Origin: Adineta vaga
Lineage: Eukaryota > Animalia > Rotifera
Length of the DNA stretch: 64,000 nucleotides
Direction: 5' to 3'
Assembly: GCA_021613535.1 (NCBI GenBank)
Contig: CP075493.1
Coordinates: 5,332,001-5,396,000 of the forward strand
In this document: in pieces, positions 1 to 14,800 of the stretch
How positions within the stretch are numbered: the first letter of the stretch is position 1
Layout: every line of letters starts with the position of its first letter
Translations under genes and position numbers: made by a program
The notes under the pieces: generated by a model
The model's input: the letters and a program-made list of their open reading frames with translations, nothing else
Told to the model about the DNA's origin: nothing
Databases searched by the model: none

Positions 1-3000
1 CGAAATGGTAGTACAATTTCAGTGAGCTACAAGAATGAAAATATCAAGTGAATCTTTATTTGTTCTAAAATGATGTTCGAATCTAAAGGAAAAGACTCAT
101 CGATAGATTGGAATGCTTACCTTAGCTGTTCGGAAAAAGTTATGTCTATCATGTCGTAATTTTTCAATATCACTTTCAATTAATTGTGAACGTTTTCGTT
201 GTTCATTGAAATCTTTATTTAATTGAGCCGCACGTTTTGTACAATCGGATATTTCACGTTCTTGAAATTCAATTTTTTTCTTTTGATCAACTAATCGATC
301 TTTAATTTCACTAATTTCATGTTGTAAATCTTCGATAACCTAAAAATCGAATCAAATAAACAATAAACAAATTCCAAGCAAATATGTGACATACTTTACG
401 ATATTTCTTTTCATTTTTTTGACATTTTTGCAAAGCATCTTCTAATGTTACCACTTCCTGTCGAACTTGTTTCATATGAGCAGCTGTATCACGTGATCGT
501 TCAAATTCTAGCATAGTTTGAATTTTTGTTATTTGATTTTCAAATTCTAAACGTTCTTGTGCACGTTTTTCAGCTGCTTGTAATTCACGATCTTCATAAA
601 CACTACAAATAAATCAATTAGCATAAGAAGAAAAAGACGAGAATAGACTTTAGATCACCTACCGAATATTAGATACATGAATTTGTTTACAAAAATCAGC
701 AAAAACTGCATCTTCGATTTTATTTTTTTGTATACGTAGTTTTGATATACGTTTTTCTCGTTCATTAATTGCTGCTTGTAATGCTTTGATTTTTGGCTGA
801 AAAGAAAATTCGATAGGAATATTTGAAAAGAATAATAAATTTACAAACTTCATATGCCTCGAGTTTATCATTGAAATCAACGAGATCTTTTTCAAGTAGA
901 ATTCTTTGTTTCTTTTCAGCTGTTTCTCGATCTGTTCTTGAATAACGTAATCGACTTTCTAATTGTTGTAATTGTGCTCTAAAAGAAATATCAATCAGCA
1001 AAATCTTTTATCTTCTATATTTTTCACGAACCGTGCATTGATTAATTCAGCTTCACGTCGTTTTTTCTTCTGTTGTTCTTTATATTCATCAAATAATTTA
1101 TCTTTACGTAATCGTAATGCATCAAGATGCTTCTCATCCCAACGTTTTGCACGAGCTTTTAATTCACTAGAAAAATAACAAAGGTCAATGGTTATTGTTA
1201 AAAAAACACAAAATCAAATAATTTTATTTACCTTGATCCACCAGAGATAACCCCTGATTTACTAAAAAGTGTTCCATTTAATGAAACAACTTTATTCTTT
1301 TGATTTCCACTTTCATAAGCAAGTCTTCGAGCATCATCGTCATTATCACACACAAGTGCATTACCACATGCATATAATATTGCTTTATAATATTGTTTAT
1401 CATATTTAATTACATCAAGAACTAATTTTACATTTTTGGGTTCTTGTAATTCACTAAAACAAGAATGGAAGTTTTTCTTTCTGTATTTTTTCTAAGAAAT
1501 AAAATCAATCAAGAAAATACTAACCGGAGTTGTTCGTTAACTGGCGTTACTTTGATGTAATCAAGTGGTAAGAATGTTTCAGGTTCATAACGATGTTCTT
1601 TCATGTAACGTAAACATGATTGAACAGTAGTTTCACGTTCAACAACAATAGAATCCATATTACGACCAAGAACTTTTGTTATAGCCATTTGAAAACGTTT
1701 ATGAGTTGGTTCACAAAGATCAATTAAACGGCCATACTAAATAGAGCAAATCATTCAGTATTCCAATATCTGAATCAAAACATATTTTCGATCATTCATA
1801 ACAAATACATACCACGCCGGGAAATTGTTTAAGATTTTCGATCAGTTCAGCACGTCGTTGTGCACGACTCGTTTCATTTCGATCAGACTATGAAAAATAC
1901 GAATTGAATTCTTTACAAATACAAAAATATCATAATAAACTTACACGTGCGTCACCAATTTCTTTGTTTACTTGATCAAGTTCTTCTTCAAGTTCTGCGC
2001 AACGTTTTCGTCCTTCGGTAACTTCTTTTTCAAGTAACTGTACATTCGTTTGTTTTTCATTAAATTCTCGTTCAAGATCACTACAAAATCAATTTGATCA
2101 ATACTAATCAACGAAATTTCATTCTATATTTACGCAATATAACCACCCAATTTATCGATTTTGCCATTTAATTCTTCAATACGTAATTCTGTTTGTTTTA
2201 TTCTAGCTTTATGATCTGTTTGACTTCGTTGTTCTTGTTCAAGATTAGTCGTATCAACTTGTTGTTGACGATCAATTGAATCATATTCTTCACTAAATTG
2301 TGTCATTTTCTTAGCTGCTTCTTCTTTCAATCGTCGATATTCTTTCATCTAATTTGTATGTAAATCAGTTGCTTTTCTCGAAAAAAAAGACTTACTTGAT
2401 TTTCTTCTAAAGCTAAATTACGACCACTATGTTGAGATTCGTCGTGCATTTTATCTTCATATTCTTTTTTCAATCGTTCAATTTCACGTAAATCTTTTTC
2501 ATATTTAGCTACTTCTTCGTCGTGTGCTGCATGTGATTTTTCTGCTGCAGTCAGTGTTTTTCTATATTTAGGAATAGAAAATCGAACTATACAATGCTTT
2601 CGATGATATTCTCTTACTTTGCAAGATCAAGTTTTTTCTGATGATGAGTCGAATTTTCTTTTGCTTTGATATAAGTAGGTCGATTTTTATTGATTTGTGC
2701 TTCCTAGAATCGAGCAATTGATTATAATCCGAAAAGTATCTTCAATAAGATAATCTTTACCAATTCTTTCACTTTTTGTTCATCATTTGCAAGTTCTTTG
2801 TTATAATGTGCTAATTCTTTCTTTTTTGTTTTAATGTCGTCATCAGATATTTCTTTTCGTTTTTCTAATTTGGCTACTTCTTCCTTCTTCTTTTCTGCTA
2901 TATCACGTTTCTCCACTAATTCTTGTTTATTATGATACAACTGAAATAATTTTAATTGTAATTGTAGCTCATCCTAAAACAGTTTCAATAGGTAAACTAA

Positions 3001-3804
3001 ATACTAAACAGAATAACTCACGTATTGAGTTTTCAATGCAGCATATTTTTGTGCAACTTCTTTTTCTAATCGTACTTCTTTCTTTTGTTTTTCGACACCT
3101 TTTTTCTTTTGAAAATTTGCATGTGTATCTTGTTCAGCTTTATTTTTCTCTTGTTTTGCTTGTTCATACTCTTCACGTAATTCTCCACTACGACTTAATT
3201 CTTCAAACATTGTCGTAAATTCTTTTGGAGTTTTCATTGCAATTGATTCCACTTGACCTTGAAAGATGAGAAAGTTTTTGGCTTTTGGTATAATACCCAT
3301 ATTTTCCAATTCTTCAGTATATTCAGTTGCGGATAATTGATGACCATCAACACGATATTCTGATGCATTACCAACAATTAAACGTTGAAAACGTTTTTCA
3401 TGTTCAGTACGTTCACCATGACGATCAGTTTTAATCGAAACAAAAATTAAAGAAACAGAGGCACGATTACTAACAGGTTTATTGATTGGTGCACCATGAA
3501 TTAATTCCTTTTCGAAGATAATATTATAAAATAGATAGATGAAGAAGAGAAACTACTTACAGATAATTTTCGTACACGTAGACTTTTTGTTGGTTCACCC
3601 AGAACAAAACTAATAGCATCCATAAGATTTGATTTGCCTATAGAAAGAAGATACAATTGAAAATCAGTACATTTTCGATGGAGAAAACAAACCAGATCCA
3701 TTTGGTCCAATGATTGCCGTAAATTTTCGCAATGGTCCGATGACGATATGACCTTTGTACGATTTGAAATTATCAATTTCGACATATTTCAAAAAGTAAC
3801 TCAT
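1..3804 (-). CDS. SMC1: Cohesin subunit SMC1, multi-exon, 3' part runs off the window
   Basis: ATG at 3804 gives [38 protein letters not shown], then an intron, then [14 protein letters not shown] (Walker A). Also [19 protein letters not shown], coiled coils and hinge motifs [35 protein letters not shown]. Many ~55-bp GT-AG introns. Confidence 0.95.
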
Positions 3805-4218
3805 GATAGTTAAAACGAAACGTTTGTTTTGACAAACAGAATAACGCTTAATATGAACAATGACTCGTCAGACGAAAGAAACAAAGACATGAGCAATAAA
3901 TTTCATTGGTGATTGATATTTACGTATAGTAATCCCAGAGATTTTTTCAAATATATTTCTTTTTTAAACGAAAAAGATTTCATTATAAAACTTAATATTA
4001 AATCTTATCGATTGACAAATAGCTTCTCTGTAGTAGATAATTATGCGTACTAATGCCATCTATCGGATACAACTATACCATATTTTCCTGTACACTCGAT
4101 TTAAACTTTTATTACTTTGTTTATTTCAAATAATAACAAATAAAAATAGATATCACATTAGAAATAAATTCATTAAAACGTATGTCTTTTCTCAATGTCT
4201 GTTAACATATGATCTATT

Positions 4219-6601
4219 CTAAAATGTTTTATCTGTAATCATATATTGTCGATGATAATCATTAAATAAATTAACAAGTGTTTTATTGAATAAAAATTCG
4301 AGTAACTTATTGAAAATTTTCCAATTATGTTCTTGTAAAATGGAATCGTGAATTAAATGTGCATCACCAAACTGATGAAATGAACGTCGATTCCAATAAT
4401 TAATATCATTAGCACGATCAAGTCGATTACCTCGACCGCGTTCACTAACCGTGAAATCTTTATGTTTATCACGATAATCAGTTAATAACATTGAACATAA
4501 AATTTGATCCATATACCAACCTGCGTCGCCTTTGACCATCTTTGAATCGTAAAGTTCTTTAAATTCTTGTCGAAGATAGATACTTATTACATCAAATGAT
4601 AGCGAAGCATTTTCACTTAATAAAGCTTGTGTAGAATCATCAGTATTATTAGCAAGAAGAAGTTCCGATCGTTGTATAGATTCAATTATCATTGCACGCC
4701 AAGTTTTTTTCTTCAAATATATATGACCCACTAGAAACGAAGAAGAAGAAGAAGAAGATAATAATTAAATGAATAACTCTTTTGATTCATCTATAGAACA
4801 CTTGAAGAAATAGTATTGAAGTATGTTGATACATTATTTACTTGATGGCATTTTAAGTTTGTCATCATCAGACAAACCAACAAGAAATTGTTAGTAGTTC
4901 AATTTAGTTTTATTCGATAAGATTTAGATAGACGATACGTTTTTATTTATTTTATAGATTATTCTTTAGAATTGTAAAGTAAATTTGATTCAGAGTCTGT
5001 TTTTTTATGAATAGATTGATAAAAGTCAATATGAATTATAAAGACGAAGTGTTAGTTCATCATTTGTCTTTATTTAACTATCGTATAAATCAAATGAAAG
5101 GAAACAAACCAATGAGATTCCATTAAATATTGATCTATTCCGTTCAAATAGATTTTTGCTTATATTTCAATAGGAAAAAAAAAGGAGACAAAAATTCATT
5201 AGTACTAATAAGTAAATGAATGTAGTGATTCTGATCGATTGATATCAATCAGAATTTACATTGATAATTGTAGGGTGAAAAGAAAAGGATGGGATGAAAA
5301 ATAATGATAGTTATAGTCTCAGAATTCTAGTATAGTTTTAGAAGATTAATCATGAGAATTTGATGAGTGTTGTGCTACTTCCCTTGAAGTGCATATATTG
5401 GTAACTAATACACGTTTCTCAAAGAATTAGAAAAGTCCTTGTTTAGTGTGAGGAAGACATTTGTCAATTGATTATGATATGAAAAGAAAATGCTATATTC
5501 ATACGTAACATGAAATGTCAAAGACAAATGATTTAAAGTTCAATGAAAGCCATCAATCCTAATGACGAGAGAAGATTCATACTAAATCTGAGCGGAGAAG
5601 AAAATTTCAATTTCTGCTAATTAGCAAAGAAATATAAATGATGTATTAAATTCTGAGTCATACGATCCAAAGATTAGCTTTTAGTCCTATTGAGGATAAT
5701 ACTATAGAAAGCTATCATCTGATCACGCGTTCTAATTATCGGAAAAAGGAAGTAAGAGAAATGCTCTTGTATCTATTCTATCATTTATTTCTACGAAGTG
5801 TGAATCAATTCCAAATAAATCAATTATGATTCATGATCATTAAAATAACTCACTGGGAAACATTCGATAAGATTTTCCACGCCGTTGAAATGATCCACAA
5901 CAAAATGCATTAAAAATAAATCCACCGGTTCCATCCGTTGGTTTATAATCTCTTGCTCTTAATGGCATCAAATCACTATCAGCTGTTATGATATCATCAT
6001 CGTCATGTATAATTGAATCGGGTAGAAAGCCACCAAAAATACGTATGATTTGAGAGAGTTTTACCGCATACGAAGAATTACATTGTACATCAATAATATG
6101 AGCACCAACATGTTTTAAATAAGCACGTGATAAATTTAATCGAGCTGATAAAATATTTGGCATATTAAAATCACCTACAAAGATAACTATGGTTTCATAT
6201 CCAACACGTTTCCAGCTTGAAGCTGTGATTGGCGTATAAAATGTATAAGCTTCTACCGAAGAATGTATTGAACATGCAAATAATGCAAAACGACGGTTTG
6301 TATTTATTATAGGTGATTTACTGGTCGTTGTAGATGTAAACGTAATATTTAGTTCGAATGGTTTTGGAACTGACATCCATCTATTCGATAGATATGTATG
6401 TACAGTATTCCAGTTGATAGTTGTACTTTTGTAGAGTACTGATGAAGCAATGAGTAGAGCAAAGCATAATGCAAGAAACAAACTTTTCATTCGACTCGAT
6501 ACAGTCTACATGTAATATTAATATATGAAAAGAAACAGTTGGTATAAAGATATAAAACATACGGTTTGATTCTTTCCAGTCAAGGGATTGATTACAGTCA
6601 T
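4219..6601 (-). CDS. Uncharacterised type II membrane GT-A-like (DxD) glycosyltransferase, paralog A
   Basis: ORFs 5840-6490 and 4219-4731 join in frame across a GT-AG intron 4731-5853 (MFP-M-GHIY). A short upstream exon from ATG 6601 splices in frame. N-terminal TM, S/T stem, ITADSDLMPL, WYMDQ, RLDR and DAHL motifs. Confidence 0.75.
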
Positions 6602-8084
6602 ATTTGAGGATTAATTATTGTTCAATATATTCTTGTTACGCACCTATGAAAAGTAAGAAAATTGTTTCAAAATGATTTACATGTGCTTACATTACATTAC
6701 AGATCATTATTTTAGACAAGTATTGTAGGTCGGTAAAGGAGCAAGAGTATGATGGAGAGAAGGAAAAAGAAAAAAGAGGAAGAAAAAAAAAATCTTTTTG
6801 AGCATACGAAATGAAACCTAACATGTAAGAAATGAGGTAGCAAGTTGGTTGTAAAAATAGGTATGCCTATGCATATATTTTTATATATCGAGAAAAAAGA
6901 CCATACCAAGGAAATTTTTTTTTAAATAAGAAAATGTAATAATGTGACGATTACGGTTCTTTCATAAAAATCGAGTAAATCAATCATTCAGTCGTTAATC
7001 GAATGTACATAGTATTTTTTGTTTAGTTAAAGAAAAAATTATAGTAATGATTTAGTTTTCTGTATTTGAAGTCATTGTGTAAAACTTGAATCAATACTCT
7101 ATTAAATCCTTACAAAAAAATTGAAGTGGACAGACTCAGCAAGAATTTTACGTTCATGAAGAAAAACAAAAACTTTTGGATGATTTTTTTTCTGTTGACA
7201 GTATTAAACACGTGTTTACAAAAAATATTCTTAATAGCTGGTGTAAAACGATAAAAAAATGTAACTATACAGGCGAATTTTATTGCAACAGTAAAACGAA
7301 AATCGAATAGTGTAAATTTTATGGTGAGTTACTCTTCACGACCTAATCGTAAGTTTAAAGAAGACTGGACTAAAAATATCAATTGACTAGGTTGTAGTAT
7401 ATTTTGAACTATGTGGTGTAGAACAGAATGAGTTGATGAATACATTTTGTTCAATGGTTATATTTACATTGAAATGAATTCGTTTTCAAAAATAAACGAT
7501 GCATCAATTGAGACGTAACCATTTATTTTATGGTCTAGGCGTTGACTCGGTCGAGTTGATTCTTATCAAAGATTCACTAGAGTTTAGAGAATCAAAATTT
7601 CGAGAAGCATGTCCGTAATTAGTTTTATGTTGACTTTATTTGCAAATTTCTTTTAAAAGAACATATTTGTTTTCTCTTTTTCGTTTAGAATATGTACAAC
7701 GTTGTTGTTCTTTCTGTCTCAGGTTTTTTCTGATATAGAATAAACGAAAAGAGAATATTCTCTTGGATGATTTTTTCATAAAAAAATTCGGTTCACATAA
7801 TTAATAAAACTTCGAGTTTGAATACTTTGTTCATAGATAAAATTTGATGAGAATTTTTAACTTTATGTCACATCTGTATAGCATGCACTAAGGTAATATG
7901 ATACTATATAGAACGTGTTGTTTAAGCGAATCACTCAACCTGAACGAGTGCATCGTCTAACTTATTCTTTTATTGGCAAACAATGTAAAGAGAAAAGTAT
8001 AAAAAATTTGCGTCAATTTTATTCTCCTTCTCGATAAATATCGATGAAAAGCTTTCTTTAAATATCCTATTATTATCGTAAAAC

Positions 8085-9314
8085 ATGTTTTATCGCGTAA
8101 AAATCAATATAGAATCGTATTTGTAAAAATTATTTTATTGATATTCATTTTTGTCATAGGCATCCAAACGTTTCGTTTACTTCGTGACATTATCCATATT
8201 ACTGGTCTTTAGTCTTATATTTTATACAACATCAGAAATAACAACAAAATGGCCAGTTAGTAACATTCAATCATCAAGTCTCTTTTCAATAACTAAATCT
8301 TCTACTACGGTAATATCTTCGCATTCATTATCAAATCAAACTCGTCGATTTGCTTTATTTTCATCCTCAATTCATTCTAAACTTCGTTCATATATATTCT
8401 ATGCTCCAATAGCAGCTGGTGCATGGCAACGTCTAGGTTATGAAGTTATTGTTGTATTTACTGGTGATTTTACGGATCGTAGTAATGCATCTAAATCACC
8501 TCAACTCAATTTATCACGCGCATTTCTCAAACGATTAGGTGTTCATACAATAGATTTTCAATGTGATATGTCATATTCAACCAAAATGTCACAACTAGTA
8601 CGATTATTTGGTGGATTCTTTTCAGATACAATTGTTCAGGATAATGATTATATTCTAACAACTGATAGTGATATTATTCCAATGCAATCATTAGAATATG
8701 AATTAGTTGAAGGTACACATGGATTTATTTATAATGCATTCTGTTGTGGTTCATTTCAACGTCGAAATAAAACTTATGATATGTATCCAATGAGTCATAT
8801 ATGTCTTAAAAAATATATTTGGCGTGATATGTTTCTTGAATCCATTCAACGTAAAGAACTTTTGGATGCGAAAATTTCTTCACTAAATATGACCCTTCTT
8901 TCTGATCAAGCACCCTTTTCATTTGAAACAGTTAATGCTTATACACGATATGAATTCGGTAAATTATATGATTCAAATATGACTAAAGGTGATGCAGCAT
9001 GGTACATGGATCAAGTTTATTCTTCGATGTTAATCAATGATTATTTTCAAAATCATCCAAATATGAAAATTGATAAACGTAGTAAAACTTCTAAACGTCT
9101 CGATCCACATCTTCCTGTTATAATGTGGGAATCACAACGATTACCAAGCTATGGTGATGCTCATTTGATACACGATGAAGTATTTGATTCATATCAATTT
9201 GTACAATTTCGAAAATTATTATTTTTTCTTTTTAATTATTCGTTAGCAAACGATTTTGTCTTTTATTATAAACAATTTTCGTTAGTATTAAATGATCGTC
9301 CAGAAGATCATTGA
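8085..9314 (+). CDS. Uncharacterised type II membrane GT-A-like (DxD) glycosyltransferase, paralog B
   Basis: Aligns along its length with paralog A (RRFALF, LTTDSDIIPM, NAFCCGSFQRR, WYMDQ, GDAHLIHD). Probable start is ATG 8085 with intron 8097-8159, followed by one long exon. Confidence 0.75.
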
Positions 9315-10583
9315 AGAAGATCTCATTCTTTTGCTTTTGTATAATAGAATTTCCTTGAATTTTGATCAGATATGTAGACGATTGAAAAGGATGCGTCTAC
9401 TTGAGAAAAATGAGAATTGATTCCGCTATGCAAGTAGACAGCTGTGATTAGTTCCATTCATTCGATTTTTCAATTGCTCAATTCGAGTAGAGCGACACGA
9501 TCAAAATTCGATTAATAAAATTGAAGTTCTCTTCTTCTTTTTTAATGAAATCTTGAGTAGCAGAACATCGTTTACTTATTCAATATTTTTCTCGAAGAAA
9601 AATTTACATCTCTACTCAAAATGATAATAATGATGATATAATTCATTGGAAGAAAAAAAAAGATTTCTTTTCCAGCTAATTATCTCTATATTCAATCACA
9701 GCATCGTCCTATGAGGATTTTGTATACATATGGATCTCTAATAAGCAATTATCGACAAGTTCCCAAGAGAGCTTATCCGTTGTCATTGCTTCGGCACTAA
9801 TCTTGCTCTCGTCTATAATTTAAGATGTTCTTCTCTCATATTCCGTATTAGTAATTTTCATCTCTTATTCATACTACAAGCATCTCAGACGATGTCGTCT
9901 ATTATTTATTGATGCTAGGAGGTAGAACCAACACTAATTTATTCTCTTCACCTCCTCAATCGGACAGCCTGTTTCATACGATGATAAGTGTAGAGTAAAA
10001 CGCAACGGGAGGGCTAGGATGAAGGAAAAAGAGAATAAGAATGAGTCGGCTTTCTCTCTCTCTGTCGATCAACAACGAATGGGTCATGGTTCACACCCAT
10101 TGTTATATACATATACATACATATCGATTATTTACAGCAGCCAGAATAATCCCGGTATGGTGCATTTAGCGACAAGAAACGAATGAATGCGTGACAGGGT
10201 CAAATCAATCCATCATATCGTCGTACGAACTATTAAAGTTATATAGAGAAAAGAAAACGTGAAAACGATGACATTAAAATTATTTGTATAATGGCTCCAA
10301 GTTTTTTCATCTATATATTTCTTTTTCATTTTTTATACACCAAGAAAAATGTTATGCTTCCCTTTCACTGTGTATCCATGTCGCGTGTGTGAACAAACAA
10401 ATGGGAAAAGAAGAAAAAAAAATTCGAGAGAATCAATAGCGAGAATGTGTATAAAAAACGAACAAAACGGCACGAACACACGTATACATCCCGATGCGAC
10501 AGAAAATAGAGAGAGAAAAAACAGAAGATGTCGTAGAAATTGAGATTCAAATAGATTGCACATCGACCGGGCTTTTCCAGAAT

Positions 10584-10636
10584 AGAAGAAGAAGAAGAAG
10601 AAGAAGAAGTAGTAGTAATAGTAGTAGTAGTAGAAG
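10584..10636. repeat. Compound (GAA)n(GTA)n microsatellite just 3' of SoxB
   Basis: gaagaagaa...gtagtagta read directly; it explains the low-complexity ORFs at 10333-10653. Confidence 0.9.
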
Positions 10637-10678
10637 AGAAAGAAAACAAACAAAAATGTTCTGAATGTTCTTTTGCTT

Positions 10679-11851
10679 TTACATATGCTGTTCAGGTGAT
10701 GATGGATCAGGTGGAGAATAATCTTGATGTGACAATGATGCTGATAGTGGTGGCATCGGTGGTGGTGGAAGTGTATAGAAATGTTGTTGTGATGACATCG
10801 ATTCCGATTTCATATACGAATAAGGATGATTTCCGTTGAGATTATTAGTATAACCATATTGAACATGTGGAGGTGGTTGAGGACTTGTACTAGTTGGTGG
10901 ACCATAATGATACATTGGTGGCGGTGCAAATGAATGTGCATAGAGATTATTAGGATCTGTCATAGAATAGGATTGATTACAATCAGTTAGATAGGGTGAT
11001 GATGATGTTGCAGAAATAACATTCGATGGTAGACCCCAACTTGAACCTCGTGGTGGTGGAAGATTTGATGGATTTGAATGATGATGTTGATGCATGAGAT
11101 GATGTGTTTTATCTTTTTTATTTATCAATGAAGAATTATTATGAGATACTGTTGCCGTTGCAGATCCTGCTGTTGTTGAAGAATTTGTTTGAAGATTTTT
11201 TGTTTTACGTCTCGGACGATATTTATAATCCGGATGTTCTTTCATATGAATTGCACGTAAACGTTTTGCTTCATCAATAAATGGTCGTTTATCTTCTTCG
11301 TTTAAACTTTTCCATTCTGCACCTAAACATCGACTGATAGCAGAATTGTGCATTTTAGGATTTTCTTGAGCCATTTTTCGTCGTTGACCACGTGACCAAA
11401 CCATAAATGCATTCATTGGACGTTTAACACGATCATCAAGAGATTTTTTCAATGAAGAATTATGGTGTTGATGATGATGATGATTTGGTGTATTCGTATT
11501 ATTTGATTGTGATGATGGAAGAGAATTCGGTGTTAGGGCAGACGATGATGTTGTTGGAGTTGCTCCAGGTGATGATGAAAGAGGAGATGATGGTTCATCT
11601 TTGGAAGAATTTGAATGTGGACCATTCATACCATTAGAATATTGTGATGGTGGTGGTTGTAAATGATGTGACATCATTAGAGGTCCATGAGAATGATGAG
11701 AATGCATCATCCAATTTGGTGGTGGTGCATTTGATGGCGCTTGAATAGATGAATCATATACATTTCCATGATTGTATGATACATGATGTGGATAATGAGA
11801 TGTATTAAAAGATAACTCGGGATTGGAATCCATATTGTACAAAGACACCAT
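10679..11851 (-). CDS. SoxB1: SoxB1-group (Sox1/2/3, SoxN-like) HMG-box transcription factor, intronless
   Basis: [31 protein letters not shown]...[13 protein letters not shown]; the RRKTK ending fits group B1. His/Ser/Pro-rich flanks. Start is ATG 11851 or 11833. Confidence 0.93.
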   Translation of the reverse strand: MVSLYNMDSNPELSFNTSHYPHHVSYNHGNVYDSSIQAPSNAPPPNWMMHSHHSHGPLMMSHHLQPPPSQYSNGMNGPHSNSSKDEPSSPLSSSPGATPTTSSSALTPNSLPSSQSNNTNTPNHHHHQHHNSSLKKSLDDRVKRPMNAFMVWSRGQRRKMAQENPKMHNSAISRCLGAEWKSLNEEDKRPFIDEAKRLRAIHMKEHPDYKYRPRRKTKNLQTNSSTTAGSATATVSHNNSSLINKKDKTHHLMHQHHHSNPSNLPPPRGSSWGLPSNVISATSSSPYLTDCNQSYSMTDPNNLYAHSFAPPPMYHYGPPTSTSPQPPPHVQYGYTNNLNGNHPYSYMKSESMSSQQHFYTLPPPPMPPLSASLSHQDYSPPDPSSPEQHM

Positions 11852-14800
11852 AACTAAAATAATATGTAAAAATACGATAGACAAAAAAAACCGAAGTCTT
11901 ACTTCTATTTCTATAAGGAATAGTAAATGTTCAAAATACTTAGTATTCTATTAGCTAATGACTGAACAAAAAAAGACATTATTATCAGCTGTTTTATCTG
12001 TGTATAAGTAATTAGTCGCTAAATGTCAATCTCAATTGTCGAAGTGAGTATGTAGAAAGCAATTATACATTCAATTTATTTATTGTTTAGCTGTTTTTCT
12101 TCTTCTGTTGCTTTTTCTATTGTTAGAGAATAAAAGGAAGAATTTTACCTGGTGTATGTGTGTGTATGTGTATATTTGTAATGTATGAATGCGTTGGATG
12201 TTTGTTAATAAAAAGAAACCGTCATGATGATTTCAATACAATACAATCGTAACGATACTCAATGTGGCTGACGCCGACGTCGTACACTTAGCCCGTTTTT
12301 TTTTCTTCGCACTCTTCTCCTCTCTCTCTCTCCTTCTCTGACGTTCTCTCTCTCTCCTTCTCTCTACGGATGGGAGCACAAAAGAGAGAAAAAAATTGAG
12401 AGAAATATTAAGTATTGGATTCGTATTGTATTATACTGCTTCAATAGCAGCACATGGTTTGTCGTGTATGAATGCGTGTGTATATGTGGCTGCACAAAAG
12501 GTGTGAGAGTGTATTGTTCTACGCAGATTTTCTTTCTCTATGTGTGTATGTCTCTTTCTCCCTCTCTTTCTTTTTCTGTCGTTCTTCTTTTCTGCTTTAA
12601 TAATAGTAGTCGGGTCAGGTATGCAAAACGAGCGCTTGCCTTAGCAGAACACAACAGAGAAAAAGAAAAGAATTTTCTCTCTCATTCTCCACCAATGTAA
12701 TGCCATTCGATATAACTAGTATTTCTATTGGTATATAACAGACTAGTTCTAACCAATCATGTTGGTCGTATGATTAGAAAAGAAAGAAAAATTCATTAGA
12801 ATATTTTATTGTTTGTTGTTGCAATTGGCGCACATGCGCGCGTATATACGTAAATGCACTCGTTATAACACTATCACAAGATAGAAAAAAAGAAAACGAT
12901 CGAAAGAATAAAACGAAAAAAAAGTACTACTAATTTGTTGCATTTGTTTGTATTGTCAATAGGCCTAAAATAAAGAAAAAAAAGAAACAATTATTCAGTT
13001 CAACTTATCAGACGGATTAAGCAAGAAGAATATTTTGATCCATTGCTGTTGTTAATGATGCAATATGAATACGAAACTAAGCTCTTTTATTTGCCTATAA
13101 GGCAGATAAAGATAAAGATCTAATCATCAAGTGATAACGGGAAGAATGTTAAACTATATTTGTCACTTCGATTCAGATAATTATATATATAGTTGTCAAT
13201 GTATGCAAGAAAAAATCTAACAGAATATGAACGATATAGTTCTAATTCTAATTTTTCTTTCTCATGTGCATACATTTGAAAGATCGAATCGTAATTTTTG
13301 CTGTTCAATAATTATATCTTTGCTTCCTCTTGTCAACGTGTTGAGTTACACACACAGCATGTCTATTATCCACATCGAGAATCTTGTTTCTTTCGATGAT
13401 AATTAATTAATTGAATAACCCATAATTGAGTTTGAACGTGACATACGATGCTTAGAAGTTTCTTTTTTTTTGGCTTCTTCATCAACACAAATCAAGAACC
13501 CCTGTGTCGATTAGGCAGCAGCTGGCTGCGATCATCATTATGGTCACCCCGCCTATCGTCATTGCAATCGATTTTTCATTTTTTGTTTCTTCCCTTGAGT
13601 AGCTATCGGGCATCAACTGTTCACGACTACCTTCCGACAACACCAGCAACATTTCCGTTTTGATTCTAATCAAAAGCCATACAAAAAAAACCTGATTGAG
13701 CAGAAGAAGAAGAAGGAGAAAAGAAAAAAGGATTTCTGATATATGCATACAAAGATGAAATGGAGGCAAAATATACAGTACTCTACTTGCTTACTCGAGT
13801 ATATTTGCCTTCTTTTATTCACGATTTTATTTGCTTAATGCCTTCAAGTATGTCTCTTTCGTTTCGTTTCACCTGTATCAGAACTAAAATAAACATTAGT
13901 GCTACTAACGAACGATCAAATTGTCAAACAGCACAGAACATTCGTGATCTGTTCTCTTTTTCTTTTTCTTGATTTATTTATAATTACTCTAGAAAAGAAA
14001 TAGGTGTAAGATCCGCCTCCTAATGAATTAAGCTGAATAGACAACAAAAAACTTTGAGATATTGATAGTTTCGAATACGGTTAGAACGTCGATGAACGAC
14101 AACGGATGTTGATAAGTATCCGGTTTTTCTCATTGGTATATGTGTGAAAGGAAATTGCACAGGCATGTTCGTTGTAAGAGAGTGAGAGAGAAAGATTATT
14201 TTGACACCTTCTTGTGTCTTTTGGTCGTTTTCATTGCAAACGATAGATGATGATGATGATGATGATCATGATCGATGTGTGTGTTATAGCTTCGCTAATG
14301 TGCCCGTTGGCCCAAGAAAAATAGTCGTTTGCTATTTTAACGACAATACTAACAAAAAAAGAAAAGTACGCTGAAATGTGTGTTCACTTGAGCGTATGTT
14401 GTGGGAGAAAGCACCTTCATTCATTCATTCATTTATATATCTATATGCATTTTCTATGTTTGATCGTGCTTGAATGAACAAGTTTTCTCTGTAAAAAAAA
14501 GATATCACTCATTTGATCCATCATTAGGACTGAAATGAAGAAAAAGACAATTTCCCAAGAGAAAATGGGTTGGTTCGATGTAATGAAGCGAAACCGAAGG
14601 CGGGATCTATACCATTCGATTATCGATAGAGAATATGTTTCTTTCATTTTTAATTATATAGACAAGCACCTTATCCATCCGGAATTGAGATGAAATGAAT
14701 GAATGAATGAATGAATGAGATTCGACAAACATTCCGAATTGTTTCCTGACGACATCACATGCAAGCAAGGAAGCAAGCAAGCAAACAAACAAACGGCTTT

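Noticed and set aside
10333-10653. Poly-Y/F and poly-T/S ORFs
   Set aside because: Translations of a microsatellite.
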